The notes under the pieces: generated by a model
What the model saw: only the letters and a program-made list of their open reading frames with translations
The model's database searches: none
What the model was told of the DNA's origin: nothing
Part shown: positions 53,525-64,000 of the stretch, piece after piece
Layout: each line of letters opens with the position of its first letter
Numbering within the stretch: position 1 is the first letter of the stretch
Made by a program: the position numbers and the translations under genes
NCBI GenBank assembly: GCA_016748015.1
Contig: JAAOMT010000025.1
Coordinates: 1 to 64,000 of the forward strand
Direction: 5' to 3'
DNA: 64,000 bases
From: Geosiphon pyriformis uo1
Taxonomy: Eukaryota > Fungi > Glomeromycota

Positions 53525-55805
53525 TCTTTTTTTGTTTTCTTAATTTTATAATCATAATTAGAGTAAAGAATAAAAAAGCTGTACTTAATATCTTTCTTGA
53601 GATATCTAATAAAATTTTAACCAAAGAAGCTTTCTCTGTTGTAAAAACAGCTAAACAAAACGTTTTAGAAGTCTTTTTTTTACCCAGTAATTGTAAAAAG
53701 CTGTTTTTAGTAGTTGTTGAAGCATTTTTTTTATCTTTGGCTGGTTTTTTATTAGTCAAAGTTCTTTTAAAAAAACACACTTAAGTTAGTCTTAGTGTTG
53801 CTTCTATTTCAACTAAAAGCCCAAAAGTTTTTAATAATAAACCAGTTAACAAGCTGGTTTTTCTCTTTATAGCTTTTATATTTAGTGTTACTAACACCAT
53901 TTCTTCAAAAAATATAATTAAAAAGACCAAAAATTCAAACAAGTGAGAGTAGTCACTTGTCTTTATTATTATTACACCAAACTTTTTTGTGGTTTCTAAT
54001 GAAATCTTAGATGAAATCTTTGTTGCATTATCTAACATGTCATTCAAGATGGGCCAAAATCAATTACTGGCTGTATTGCCAAATATGGTGTTTTTTAGCA
54101 GATTATTACTGGTTTTAGAAACAAAGCAATTATTTTTTATAGTATTATTTGTTCTTAAAAATTGGGCTGACTAAATAGAAATTGAATTATTTTCTTTGCT
54201 AGTTTCTGGTGCTACTACTAGTAATGTTTGGAAAACTATTTCTAGTTATTAAAAATTTGCTGGGTGAATAGCCTCTATTCTAATGCCTGGTACAACTTTT
54301 AAAATTAAGTTGATTTATATTAGAGATGTTTTTTAATCTGTACATGGTTTTTTGGATGTAAAATCTGTTTCTAAGAACAATATAAAGCTTTTCTGTATAA
54401 AGTTTGCTTTTCAAAACTCCCTAAATATTGTATTTTTGGTTAAGCTTACAAGTTCTATTTATTTTGTTTTTCTTAAAATTGCCAAGTTTTTGGTAATTTC
54501 TGAGTCTGGTTTTTTTTCTGCTGCTGTTATATTGTGTAATATAATATTAGGTGTGTTTACTGTTAATATTAAGACAGTTTTTGGTGTTTTTGGTAAAGTT
54601 CTCTGTGTTGTATTAAAACCTATTAGTGTTTGGCAATATATAATTGTTTACTTTAAAAAATTAAGTATTGCTGTATTTGTTTTTAGTCATTAATTAGTTT
54701 TGGTGAGTAAAAATAATGTTAGGATCTTTTTTTTAGTGAATCAAAGTGAAATTATTATATCTTGTAATAGGTTTAAGGCCAAGTAAATCAATCTTTTTTT
54801 TGGCTATACTGTTTTTGAAACCAGTAATATAATTTTTTAATTCAGTTATTGTACATGTTTTATTTTTTATTCTCCTGATTCTGGTTATTATTCCTAGTTT
54901 GTTCTGCTTATGTTTAAATCTTAGGTCAATTTAGATACTGCTATTATTAAAACTGGTACACTAAAGAAGTATTATATCTGATAGAAAACTCCTGGTTGTT
55001 AATGCTGTTTTAGATGTCAAAAAATGAGCCATTTAATTATAAACTATAAAATTTTTCCACTTTTTTCTTTCAAAACTTCCAAGATATTTGCTCTATATTT
55101 TGTGAATATGAAGTTTTATGTTAAGATGTTTGCTCTTTTAAGCTTTTCTGAATTCTTTTCATTAGTAACTTTTATTTTTTTTTAAGATTAAAGATAATTT
55201 TTTGATTTTGTCTTGGCTGATGTCTTTAAAATCTGATATAACCAAGTTGTTAACTTTAGTTAAGTTAATTGTTAAGCCTATTAAATTTTTGGTTATTATT
55301 TTGAACAGTTTATTAAAGATAATTTGGTTTTAAGCAATATTTTTAGTCTTAAAATTAATAAATTTATAATTTATTTGAGTTATTTTAACAAAGTTGTTGG
55401 TAAGTTAGGAAGAAAAATAATTTTACTAAAAAAAAAGTGTTATATAGAGGATGTTAACATGTTTGGTGACTTGAATTATCTAATTGGTATTAATGATAAT
55501 ATATTTTCTAGTTTGATGTTTCTTTGAACACATAACCCTAATAATGATAAGATTAATCTCTTAAAAACAACTGAGTAATAGATTGAATTAGTTTCTTATA
55601 GTATTTAATTATTTAATATAATTTAAAGAATATTAGCTTTAAGTAAGTTTACTTTTATTGTAGCAATATAATATAGTTTAAACTGGTTTAAATAGCTAAT
55701 TATATATAGAAAATGTGTGAACTATATTTAGCACTAGAATATTTAGTTTGTTTCTAATTCTTAAATAGTGATTGGACCATTCTTATTAAATCTTCATAAA
55801 AAAAA
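53525..55805 (+). mobile_element. ORF1-only (HAL1-like) non-autonomous non-LTR element, copy 1
   Basis: One decayed ORF, then a 125-nt tail colinear with the LINE copy 2 3' end and poly(A) at 55798-55805; no EN/RT; 5' boundary approximate. Confidence 0.82.
53554..55671 (+). pseudogene. ORF1-like protein (~700 codons; RRM-like region, CCHC knuckle)
   Basis: WQYIIVYFKK...SKNNVRI resembles LINE ORF1 WQKAVIEFAK...GKDLVYV; C-F-R-C-Q-K-M-S-H-L-I-I-N-(Y, from C) at 55006; end position approximate. Confidence 0.75.
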
Positions 55806-55922
55806 TAATAATTATTAATTATACAATTAATAAAAAAATATAATGACTTTTTTATTTATAACTTTTTAAAAAAAAATTCTATTTTTTATTAGTAAAAATA
55901 TAAACAAAATTATTCTAAAAAA

Positions 55923-56247
55923 CTTTTTGTTTCTTTAATTTTATGATCATGACCAGAGCAAAAAGTAAAAAAGCTATATCTGATATTTTTTCTAAAATAT
56001 CTAATAAAATTTCAACCAGAAAAGTTTTTTCTGTTGTAAAAACAACTAAACAAAATATTTAAGAGGTCTTTCTGTTACTTAGTAATTGTAAAAAGCTGTC
56101 TTTAATAGCTGCTAAAGCATTTTTTTTATCTTTGACTGGTTTTTTACCAGTTAAAATTCTTTCAAAAAAACACACTTGGATTAATCTCAGTATTGTTTCC
56201 ACTTCAACTAAGAGCCCAAAAGTTTTTAATAACAAACTAGTTAACAA
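55923..56247 (+). mobile_element. Copy 2 of the same element, 5' part (ATG at 55949, MTRAKSKKA...), interrupted by Gypsy B
   Basis: Colinear with 53528-53852; preceded by an A run; homology stops exactly at TGTTAC (56248). Confidence 0.88.
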
Positions 56248-56370
56248 TGTTACCAGACGAAATTAGAGATATCATTTAGCATAAAACTATCTTATAATTC
56301 CTATCATTAATTAGCATATATTATCGTTCAAATTATCACTTATTACATTAGCAAAAAAAAAAAAAAAAAA

Positions 56371-57329
56371 NNNNNNNNNNNNNNNNNNNNNNNNNNNNNN
56401 NNNNNNNNNNNNNNNNNNNNNNNNNNNNNNNNNNNNNNNNNNNNNNNNNNNNNNNNNNNNNNNNNNNNNNNNNNNNNNNNNNNNNNNNNNNNNNNNNNNN
56501 NNNNNNNNNNNNNNNNNNNNNNNNNNNNNNNNNNNNNNNNNNNNNNNNNNNNNNNNNNNNNNNNNNNNNNNNNNNNNNNNNNNNNNNNNNNNNNNNNNNN
56601 NNNNNNNNNNNNNNNNNNNNNNNNNNNNNNNNNNNNNNNNNNNNNNNNNNNNNNNNNNNNNNNNNNNNNNNNNNNNNNNNNNNNNNNNNNNNNNNNNNNN
56701 NNNNNNNNNNNNNNNNNNNNNNNNNNNNNNNNNNNNNNNNNNNNNNNNNNNNNNNNNNNNNNNNNNNNNNNNNNNNNNNNNNNNNNNNNNNNNNNNNNNN
56801 NNNNNNNNNNNNNNNNNNNNNNNNNNNNNNNNNNNNNNNNNNNNNNNNNNNNNNNNNNNNNNNNNNNNNNNNNNNNNNNNNNNNNNNNNNNNNNNNNNNN
56901 NNNNNNNNNNNNNNNNNNNNNNNNNNNNNNNNNNNNNNNNNNNNNNNNNNNNNNNNNNNNNNNNNNNNNNNNNNNNNNNNNNNNNNNNNNNNNNNNNNNN
57001 NNNNNNNNNNNNNNNNNNNNNNNNNNNNNNNNNNNNNNNNNNNNNNNNNNNNNNNNNNNNNNNNNNNNNNNNNNNNNNNNNNNNNNNNNNNNNNNNNNNN
57101 NNNNNNNNNNNNNNNNNNNNNNNNNNNNNNNNNNNNNNNNNNNNNNNNNNNNNNNNNNNNNNNNNNNNNNNNNNNNNNNNNNNNNNNNNNNNNNNNNNNN
57201 NNNNNNNNNNNNNNNNNNNNNNNNNNNNNNNNNNNNNNNNNNNNNNNNNNNNNNNNNNNNNNNNNNNNNNNNNNNNNNNNNNNNNNNNNNNNNNNNNNNN
57301 NNNNNNNNNNNNNNNNNNNNNNNNNNNNN
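56371..57329. other. Assembly gap (959 N)
   Basis: N run preceded by A18; likely hides most of the family B 5' LTR and PBS. Confidence 0.99.
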
Positions 57330-60300
57330 ATTTTACATCACTCAGAAGTCCTACCAGACAACAAGAACCCCTTCAAACTAGTTCCAATCTTCTTGATTTT
57401 CTAGCTGAAAATCAAAGTGAACACTTTGAGACAGCAGCAAACAAAGAAAACAACTCTGAAATAACTGAAAAAGAATCAATAGACAGTGAAAAGGAAGAAG
57501 ACAAAATGACAACATACATTGCAAAAATCTCTGAATTTAATGGAGAAGATATTGAGACCAGTCCCCAAGAATGGCTTGACCAAGTTACTAAAGCTGGAGA
57601 TGCAAATGAATGGAATGCTGCCAGAATGTTAAGAACAATTTCCTACTTTTTCAAAGGAACAGCAGGAGAATGGTTTGAAAACTTGGCTGCCTCATTCAAT
57701 GATTGGAACGCTTTCAAAGCAGCCTTCCTTGAACAGTTCACCAACAATAACACCTCCATTACTCTTCGCAATTGTTTTCGAAATATCAAACAAGAACCCT
57801 CCGAATCCATTATAACTTATATTGGGAAATTCAACAAACTTCTCAGACGAATTCGCCAACTCGAGACAAATGATTATTATTCCGATGCTCAAATCTTAGA
57901 TCAATTTATTGCTGGTCTAAAAGATAAACTAATTAAAAAGGTTTACCTACATGTGCCAGAAGATTTAAACTCTGCTATACAGCATGCGAAAAGATACGAA
58001 ATGGCCATAAAAGAGGCCAACTGCACAAAACTTATAAATTTGGCAATTGGAGAAACCAGCTCAGCAGCTGAGGAAAAAATTGACCAACTCACTAAGAAGG
58101 TTGAAAACTATTTCACCAATCAACAACAACAGCAACCCCAAAGATATCAACCACCCCAAAGACGAAATCAAAATAACTTTGCACCACTTTCCAATAACCA
58201 GCCTTAGAATTGCCATTACTGTGGAATCTCTGGCCACTGGAAAAGAAATTGCAGAAAGCTACAACGAGACCAACAAAATAGGAGTAATCAATGTTACCCT
58301 CTACCACAGCAATCTTATTATCAACTGCCACCACCAGCTTACTATCCATTAAGACTCCAATACCAAAATAACTATTATCAGCCCACCCCACAGCCAATCC
58401 CACAGCAATACCAACAACTGCTCACACAACATTATCAAGTACCTGCTCGAAAACTGCTTACACAAAATTAATTCACACCACAAAACTGATACCAAGCAAA
58501 CAACAATAGAATCAGTTCAAACAACCAATTGGTTCCCCAAAATACCACTCAACCAAGACCCAACCACTACCACACTCAATCCAGTTATTTAACAATGCCA
58601 GAAGAACAGGATTTTCACTATACTGCACTCTCAGAAGGTAGAGCTGTAGCACAACAACAAAACCCTTCCTATACTCCCACCACAATTTCACCAGCCAGAA
58701 TCGCTGAAAATGCTAACCTTTCAGATATATTCCCTTTTGAGTTCGAAGCAAATGAGTCACCATTTCTGCTTAGCAATGCAGCTGCCAATAAACAAAAAGC
58801 AATCACGGCCATGTACACTGAAACTGAAGTCGAAGGAAAAACAATTCGCTTGATTCTAGACAGTGGATCCACCAGAAGCATTATCACCTACCAGTTAATG
58901 CAACAGTTGAAAAGAAATATTGACTGACCAGCTCAAACAGTAATCGTCACTGCCAATGGCATGAAAAAGACCCCAGTAGGAGAAATTGACAATTTTTTAT
59001 TCACTCTTAATGGAATCATCATTCCAGTCAAAGTTCTTGTAATGGACGCACCCCAATACCAAGCTCTCATCGGAAATGATTGGCTTCAAAAAGCCAATGC
59101 TAATCTGAATTGGGAAACACAAGAGTTAACAATCTCTTACCAAGGACAACATGCCCGAGTACCTGCCATTTGTGGTACATTCAACAAACACTCTGAAAAA
59201 GCCCCAGCTTTTGAATTCGAACCAGAAGAGAAAAAACCCCTCATTAAAACATTCATGGCTCTTGGATCAACGTCCAACTGGGCCAATGAAACAGAACAAG
59301 AACATTTTACCCCACACTCTGAACCCGAAACCTTTGGATGGAATATATCTTACTCAAAACCCGAACCAAGGAAACAACACCCCTATATTTCCCTTAAATA
59401 TAAGGACTGCCACAAGAAACTATCATTAATGGGAGCCTGTATTTCACCTGAAAAAGAATATGAAAATCATACTTGTTATTACTGCAAGGCTTGCCACAGA
59501 AAATGATGGGGCCATCTAATAAAAAGGAGCAGAAAATGGGACAACACCCCTTGTTTGACTTGTGGAGATATGCTACTGGAAGAATGTAATTAGATTGATG
59601 TAGCCATAAGAGGAGGAGTCTACAATCAGACCTGCCAATATGCTTTATCAATTTCAGAAAAAGTAAAAAGAGGAACACCCTTTAATACAGCATACAACAG
59701 TGCTCTCAACAAACTTTATCACTACTCCCATGATGCCAAAATGATTTTTGACCTAGCAATGGCATTAATTAATGAAGCTACCAAAGAAGATGTTTGCCAA
59801 ATGAAGGAAGCAAAATACATTGAATACATCATGGAATTAGCTGGATTTGATTACGAAGACAAAGTAGAAGTCTACCACCAAATCGCAAGTCACACCTACC
59901 CAATCCAAAAAGCTCAAATTCAATGATTAGAGCAAATGAACATTAGGCTATGTGAAGAATGTATTATGCCTTGTAATGAACAGTGGTGTCCTGAATGTTA
60001 TGCTCTTAGCATTCTCTTGCCCAGTGAAAATGATGAATACAAAATTAAATTTGGAGAACTTGAAGTAACAGAAGAAATTGAGACAACACCCATCTATCTC
60101 ATCGAAAATCAGCCTGCTTTACAACTCAAATATTTCAACAACAATGGACAAGGAATAAAACCAGAAAAAGCCCACGAGATCGATGCTGGATATGATCTAA
60201 GATATCCAGGAAAAGATACTCTTACTCTCAAACCCAAATCTCTCACAAAAATCAACCTCAAAATTGCTCTCAAAATCCCACCAGGAGCAATGGTTCAAAT

Positions 60301-62392
60301 TGCTTTTCGATCATCCTTGGCAAGCAAAGGAATCAATATTAGAGGAGGAATCATCGATGTTGAATACACAGAAAACATCACAGTTATGTTACAAAATGAA
60401 ACTGATAAACCTTTCAAAATTGGATATGCTGAAAAAATTGCACAAGCTATCTATCTACCCTTAATCAACATTTCGAGTTTACAATTAGTTAATCAAAAAG
60501 AACAGTTGGGAAAAAGTGAAAAAGGAACACAAGGTTTTGGTTCAACTGGACGTTTCACAGTTTCAGTAAACATAGCTCTCAATAAACAGAAAGAATCTCA
60601 CCAGATTTTACAACTTCCACAACCAATTACCATTTCACTCTTTGAAGAACACCCTGAAATTTACATTTGTGAAAAGCCAACAACCACACAACAAATTTTT
60701 GAATCAAAAGAACAAATCTGCTTGAAACATAATATCTCGATCCCAAACATTTATATTCCAGTAGGAACAAAGAAAGTCCGAGTTACTTTTTACAATCCCA
60801 ACAATTATCTCATAGTTTTATTAAATAACTTAGAAATTGAAATTATTCACAGTAACATATTTTAACAAGAATTATCCCAAACAGTCCCCAATTTTTCTGA
60901 AATTATTGAACATTCACTACTAAAAATCAATCCAAATCCCAGCTCCGAAAACTACTATGTTGTCATGGAAAAACTATCTTGAATCAACATGGGACAACTT
61001 GAACCACAACAACAGACCCAGCTTAAAGAACTAATTGCAAAATTTGCTGATATCTTCGCTGAAAACAACAATGACTTAAGAAGAACTGATTTGGTCCAAC
61101 ACCAAATTTATACAGGAGATGCCAAACCAAGAAGACAACAAGCATATCGAGTTGCTCCAAAAAGCCACCAATTTATTCGAGAAGAAGTACAACGGATGCT
61201 TAACAATGGACTTATCCAACCATCAATGAGTTCATGGGTTTTACCAGTGGTCTTAGTTAAAAAGAAGAATGGAAAGATACGATTTTGTGTTGATTATCGA
61301 CAACTCAACAGTGTTATCATTGGGGATGCTTACTCTCTTCCACGAATTGATGACATGTTAGATGTCCTTGGAAAATCTAAATACTTTTCAACATTAGACC
61401 TAGAAAGCGGATACTAGCAAGTTGCCATGGATCCCAAGGACCGCCCCAAAACAGCATTCACAACACAAAGAGGAAACTACAAATTCAATATAATGCCCTT
61501 TGGATTATGCAATGCGCCAGCAACATTCCAAAGACTCATAGATGTTGTATATGCTGGACTCCTTTGGAAATCAGTAGTTGTCTATCTTGATGACACTGAT
61601 GTTTATTCCCCATCTTTCGGACTTCATTTAATTCACCTGCGAGAAGTTTTTCAATGATTACGTAAAGCAGGATTAAAACTAAACATTGAAAAATGCCATT
61701 TTGGAAAAACAAGTTTGGCCTTTCTTGGTCACATAGTTAGTGAAGAAGAAGTCAAACCAGATCCAGGAAAAATCAGTGCTGTTAAAAACTTCAAAGTTCC
61801 ACGAAATACTACAGAACTAAGAGGATTCATAGGATTAGCATCTTACTATCGGAAGTTTATCAAAGAATTCTCGGAAATTGCAAAACTCCTTAACCAGCTC
61901 ACCACCAAAAACATGGAATACAAATGAACTACCGAACACCAAAAAGTTTTTGAAATTCTCAAGGAAAAACTGACAACAGCCCCAATTCTTGCCTACTCGG
62001 ATTTCAGCAACCGATTTTGACTAGCTACAGATGCTTCATATACTGCCTTTGGTGCCATCTTATCACAACTAGATGACAATGGAAATGAGTGAGTAATTGC
62101 TTATGCTAGCAGAACATTAAAACCAGCTGAGAAAAACTACCCTGTCATAGAACTAGAAACAGCAGCCATAATTTGGGCCTTACACTACTTCAACCTTTAT
62201 CTTAGGCCTAAAGAATTCAATATTATCACTGATAATATTGGACTCAAATGGCTTTAGAACAAAAATGCTCAGCTGAATGCAAAACAAATCTGATGGACAG
62301 GATTTCTAGCAAATTATTGATACATAGTACATCACAAACCAGGAAAACTTCACACCAATGTTGACTGTCTCTCCAGAATGAGACAAGATTAG
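57330..62392 (+). pseudogene. gag-pol: Gypsy B gag-pol in a single frame (CA, CCHC, PR, Cys-rich domain, dUTPase, RT, RH)
   Basis: ORFs starting at 57506, 58529, 58961, 59741, 59936, 60989, 61427 and 61715 share one frame; CHYCGISGHWKRNC, LILDSGS, YLDD and TDAS; ends MRQD-TAG. Confidence 0.93.
60120..60550 (+). pseudogene. dut: dUTPase domain within Gypsy B pol
   Basis: DAGYDL, RSS, GGIIDVEY, KIAQ and KGTQGFGSTG. Confidence 0.93.
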
Positions 62393-62441
62393 AAAACAAA
62401 AACCAACACTTAACTTAACCAACCAAAAGAGCCAACAAACA

Positions 62442-63827
62442 ATGAATTCAGAAAACTACAACAATCTTAAACAATATTTGGAAACATTAACAATCCCAAC
62501 AGATTGGTCTCCAGATAAAAAACATCAACTACAACAACAAGCCAAACAATATTTTCTACACAACAACATTATTTATCATCAAAATTTCAAAAACCCAGAC
62601 AAACTACTCACACTAATACAAGAACAGGAAAAAGAAACCATATTATACAACATGCACTCAGATCCTTTATTAGCACACTTCGGAAAAGATAGCACCACTC
62701 AAAGAACACTAGAATACTACTTTTGGCCTTGAATGAAGAAAGACATTCACGAATATGTCAAATCTTGTAATAGTTGTCAAAGAAGAGAAGAAACACACCT
62801 TACTGAACCATTAAATCCAATCAAAGTTGGACAACCCTTTGACCGAGTTGGTATCAATTTAGTCAAACCATTATCTATCACCATTCAAGGAAACCATTAT
62901 ATTACAGTAGTTGTAGACTATCTTACTAAATGACCTGAAGCCAGAGCCATTTAACAAGCAGATGCGAAATCAGTAGCAAATTTCATCTACAAAGACATTA
63001 TTTGTAGACATGGATGTCCAATTGAACTTTTATCCGACCAGAGAACACATTTTGTGAACAACCTAATACAAGAAATTTGCAAACAATTCAATGTCAAAAG
63101 ACCTCTGTCTTTGCCCTACCATCCACAAACAAACGGACTTGTGGAACATTTTAACAGAACATTGTGTGAGTCATTAGCCAAAGTTTCAACCAATTTTGAG
63201 CAAGAATGGGATATCTTTATTCCATTAGTGTTACTAGCATATAGAACACTAAAACAAGATACCACAAAACACATACTATTTGATTTAACTTATGGAAGAA
63301 CAGCAATGCTACCAATTAAGTTCACAGTAGAAACATACCCAGCACAACCAATCAATAAAAACAATTTTCAGAAAACACTTCAACGAAGAGCTTACACTCT
63401 GCTTAGCATGTTGGAAGGAAAACAACGAATAGCAGCCATCCATATTGAAAACTTCCAAGCGCGACAAAAAAAACGGCATGATGACAAATTGTCTCCAGTC
63501 ACCAATAAATTTAAAATCGGAAACAAAGTTCTCTTACACAGAACTAAAGCTGAAAAACAATGGAGTGGGAAATTTGAAAATAAATGGGATAGATCATTCT
63601 TTATCCATGAAGTTTTAGACAACGGATCATACAAATTAAGACTTGATGACAAAATTCTAGCAAAAGTTGCACATGGAGATCGTTTGAAACACTATAATTC
63701 CAAAAACAATCCTGAACTATTAATTTCACAAATTGGTATACATTCCCCTTTAATTAATTCCGAAGACATTTCCCAAAATTTAGAACCAGTAGTTGTTATT
63801 GAACAGTCTCCCAACTTAAACACTTAA
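62442..63827 (+). pseudogene. int: Gypsy B integrase (separate ORF, own ATG, different frame from pol)
   Basis: ORFs at 62442, 62733 and 63054 in one frame; HSDPLLAH...CNSC, SDQR, YHPQTNGLVEHFNRTL and GPF-like module ending HGDRLKHY. Confidence 0.93.
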
Positions 63828-63907
63828 TTTAAATTTATTATTATAGTTATTTTCTTATAATTTAGAAACAATCTCACAAAAACAAAACAAAAATAACATA
63901 AAAACCC

Positions 63908-64000
63908 ATGCACCAAAAAATAATTTTCTTTTATTTCAAATTGCTTATAATAACTATTCCTCAAAACATTCAACAATTATCCCAAAAACTAATGTTAGCT
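63908..64000 (+). CDS. Probable start of the family B ORF3 homolog (truncated by the window end)
   Basis: ...ITIPQNIQQLSQKLMLA resembles family A MEITDSIYSLAQQLFQL, at the same position after integrase. Confidence 0.45.
   Translation, partial: MHQKIIFFYFKLLIITIPQNIQQLSQKLMLA

Larger units (their letters stand above)
56248..64000 (+). mobile_element. Ty3/Gypsy LTR retrotransposon family B (5' LTR start, gap, gag-pol, integrase, ORF3 start); runs off the window
   Basis: TGTTAC start; same domain order as family A but divergent sequence; linkage across the N gap is assumed. Confidence 0.85.

Noticed and set aside
56353-56370. A18 run as a poly(A) tail of another element
   Set aside because: It abuts the N gap about 105 bp into a putative LTR, so it is more likely a homopolymer where the assembly broke; cannot be resolved here
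60120-60550. Host or bacterial dut gene
   Set aside because: It is in frame within Pol, at the same position in four LTR elements

Overview
Gene-free, very AT-rich eukaryotic repeat region made entirely of nested, mutationally decayed retroelements; no host gene, RNA gene or CRISPR array is seen. A fungal, Glomeromycotina-like origin is my inference from composition and element types. Backbone: five poly(A)-type non-LTR elements, all on the + strand and separated by nearly pure A/T spacers. These are three full-length LINEs (ORF1 RRM-like+CCHC; ORF2 APE-RT-RNaseH-CCHC) and two copies of an ORF1-only element whose 3' tail matches the LINE tail. Four Ty3/Gypsy LTR retrotransposons are inserted into them: three of family A, complete with 840-872 bp LTRs and 4-bp TSDs, and one of family B, interrupted by a 959-N gap and the window end. 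The Gypsy architecture is unusual: one gag-PR-[Cys-rich domain]-dUTPase-RT-RNaseH frame ending at a conserved stop; integrase as a separate downstream ORF; a further ~210-codon ORF in the env position ending in the PPT; and a putative 74-nt intron across the U5/PBS junction. All ORFs are broken, mostly by C>T/G>A transitions.
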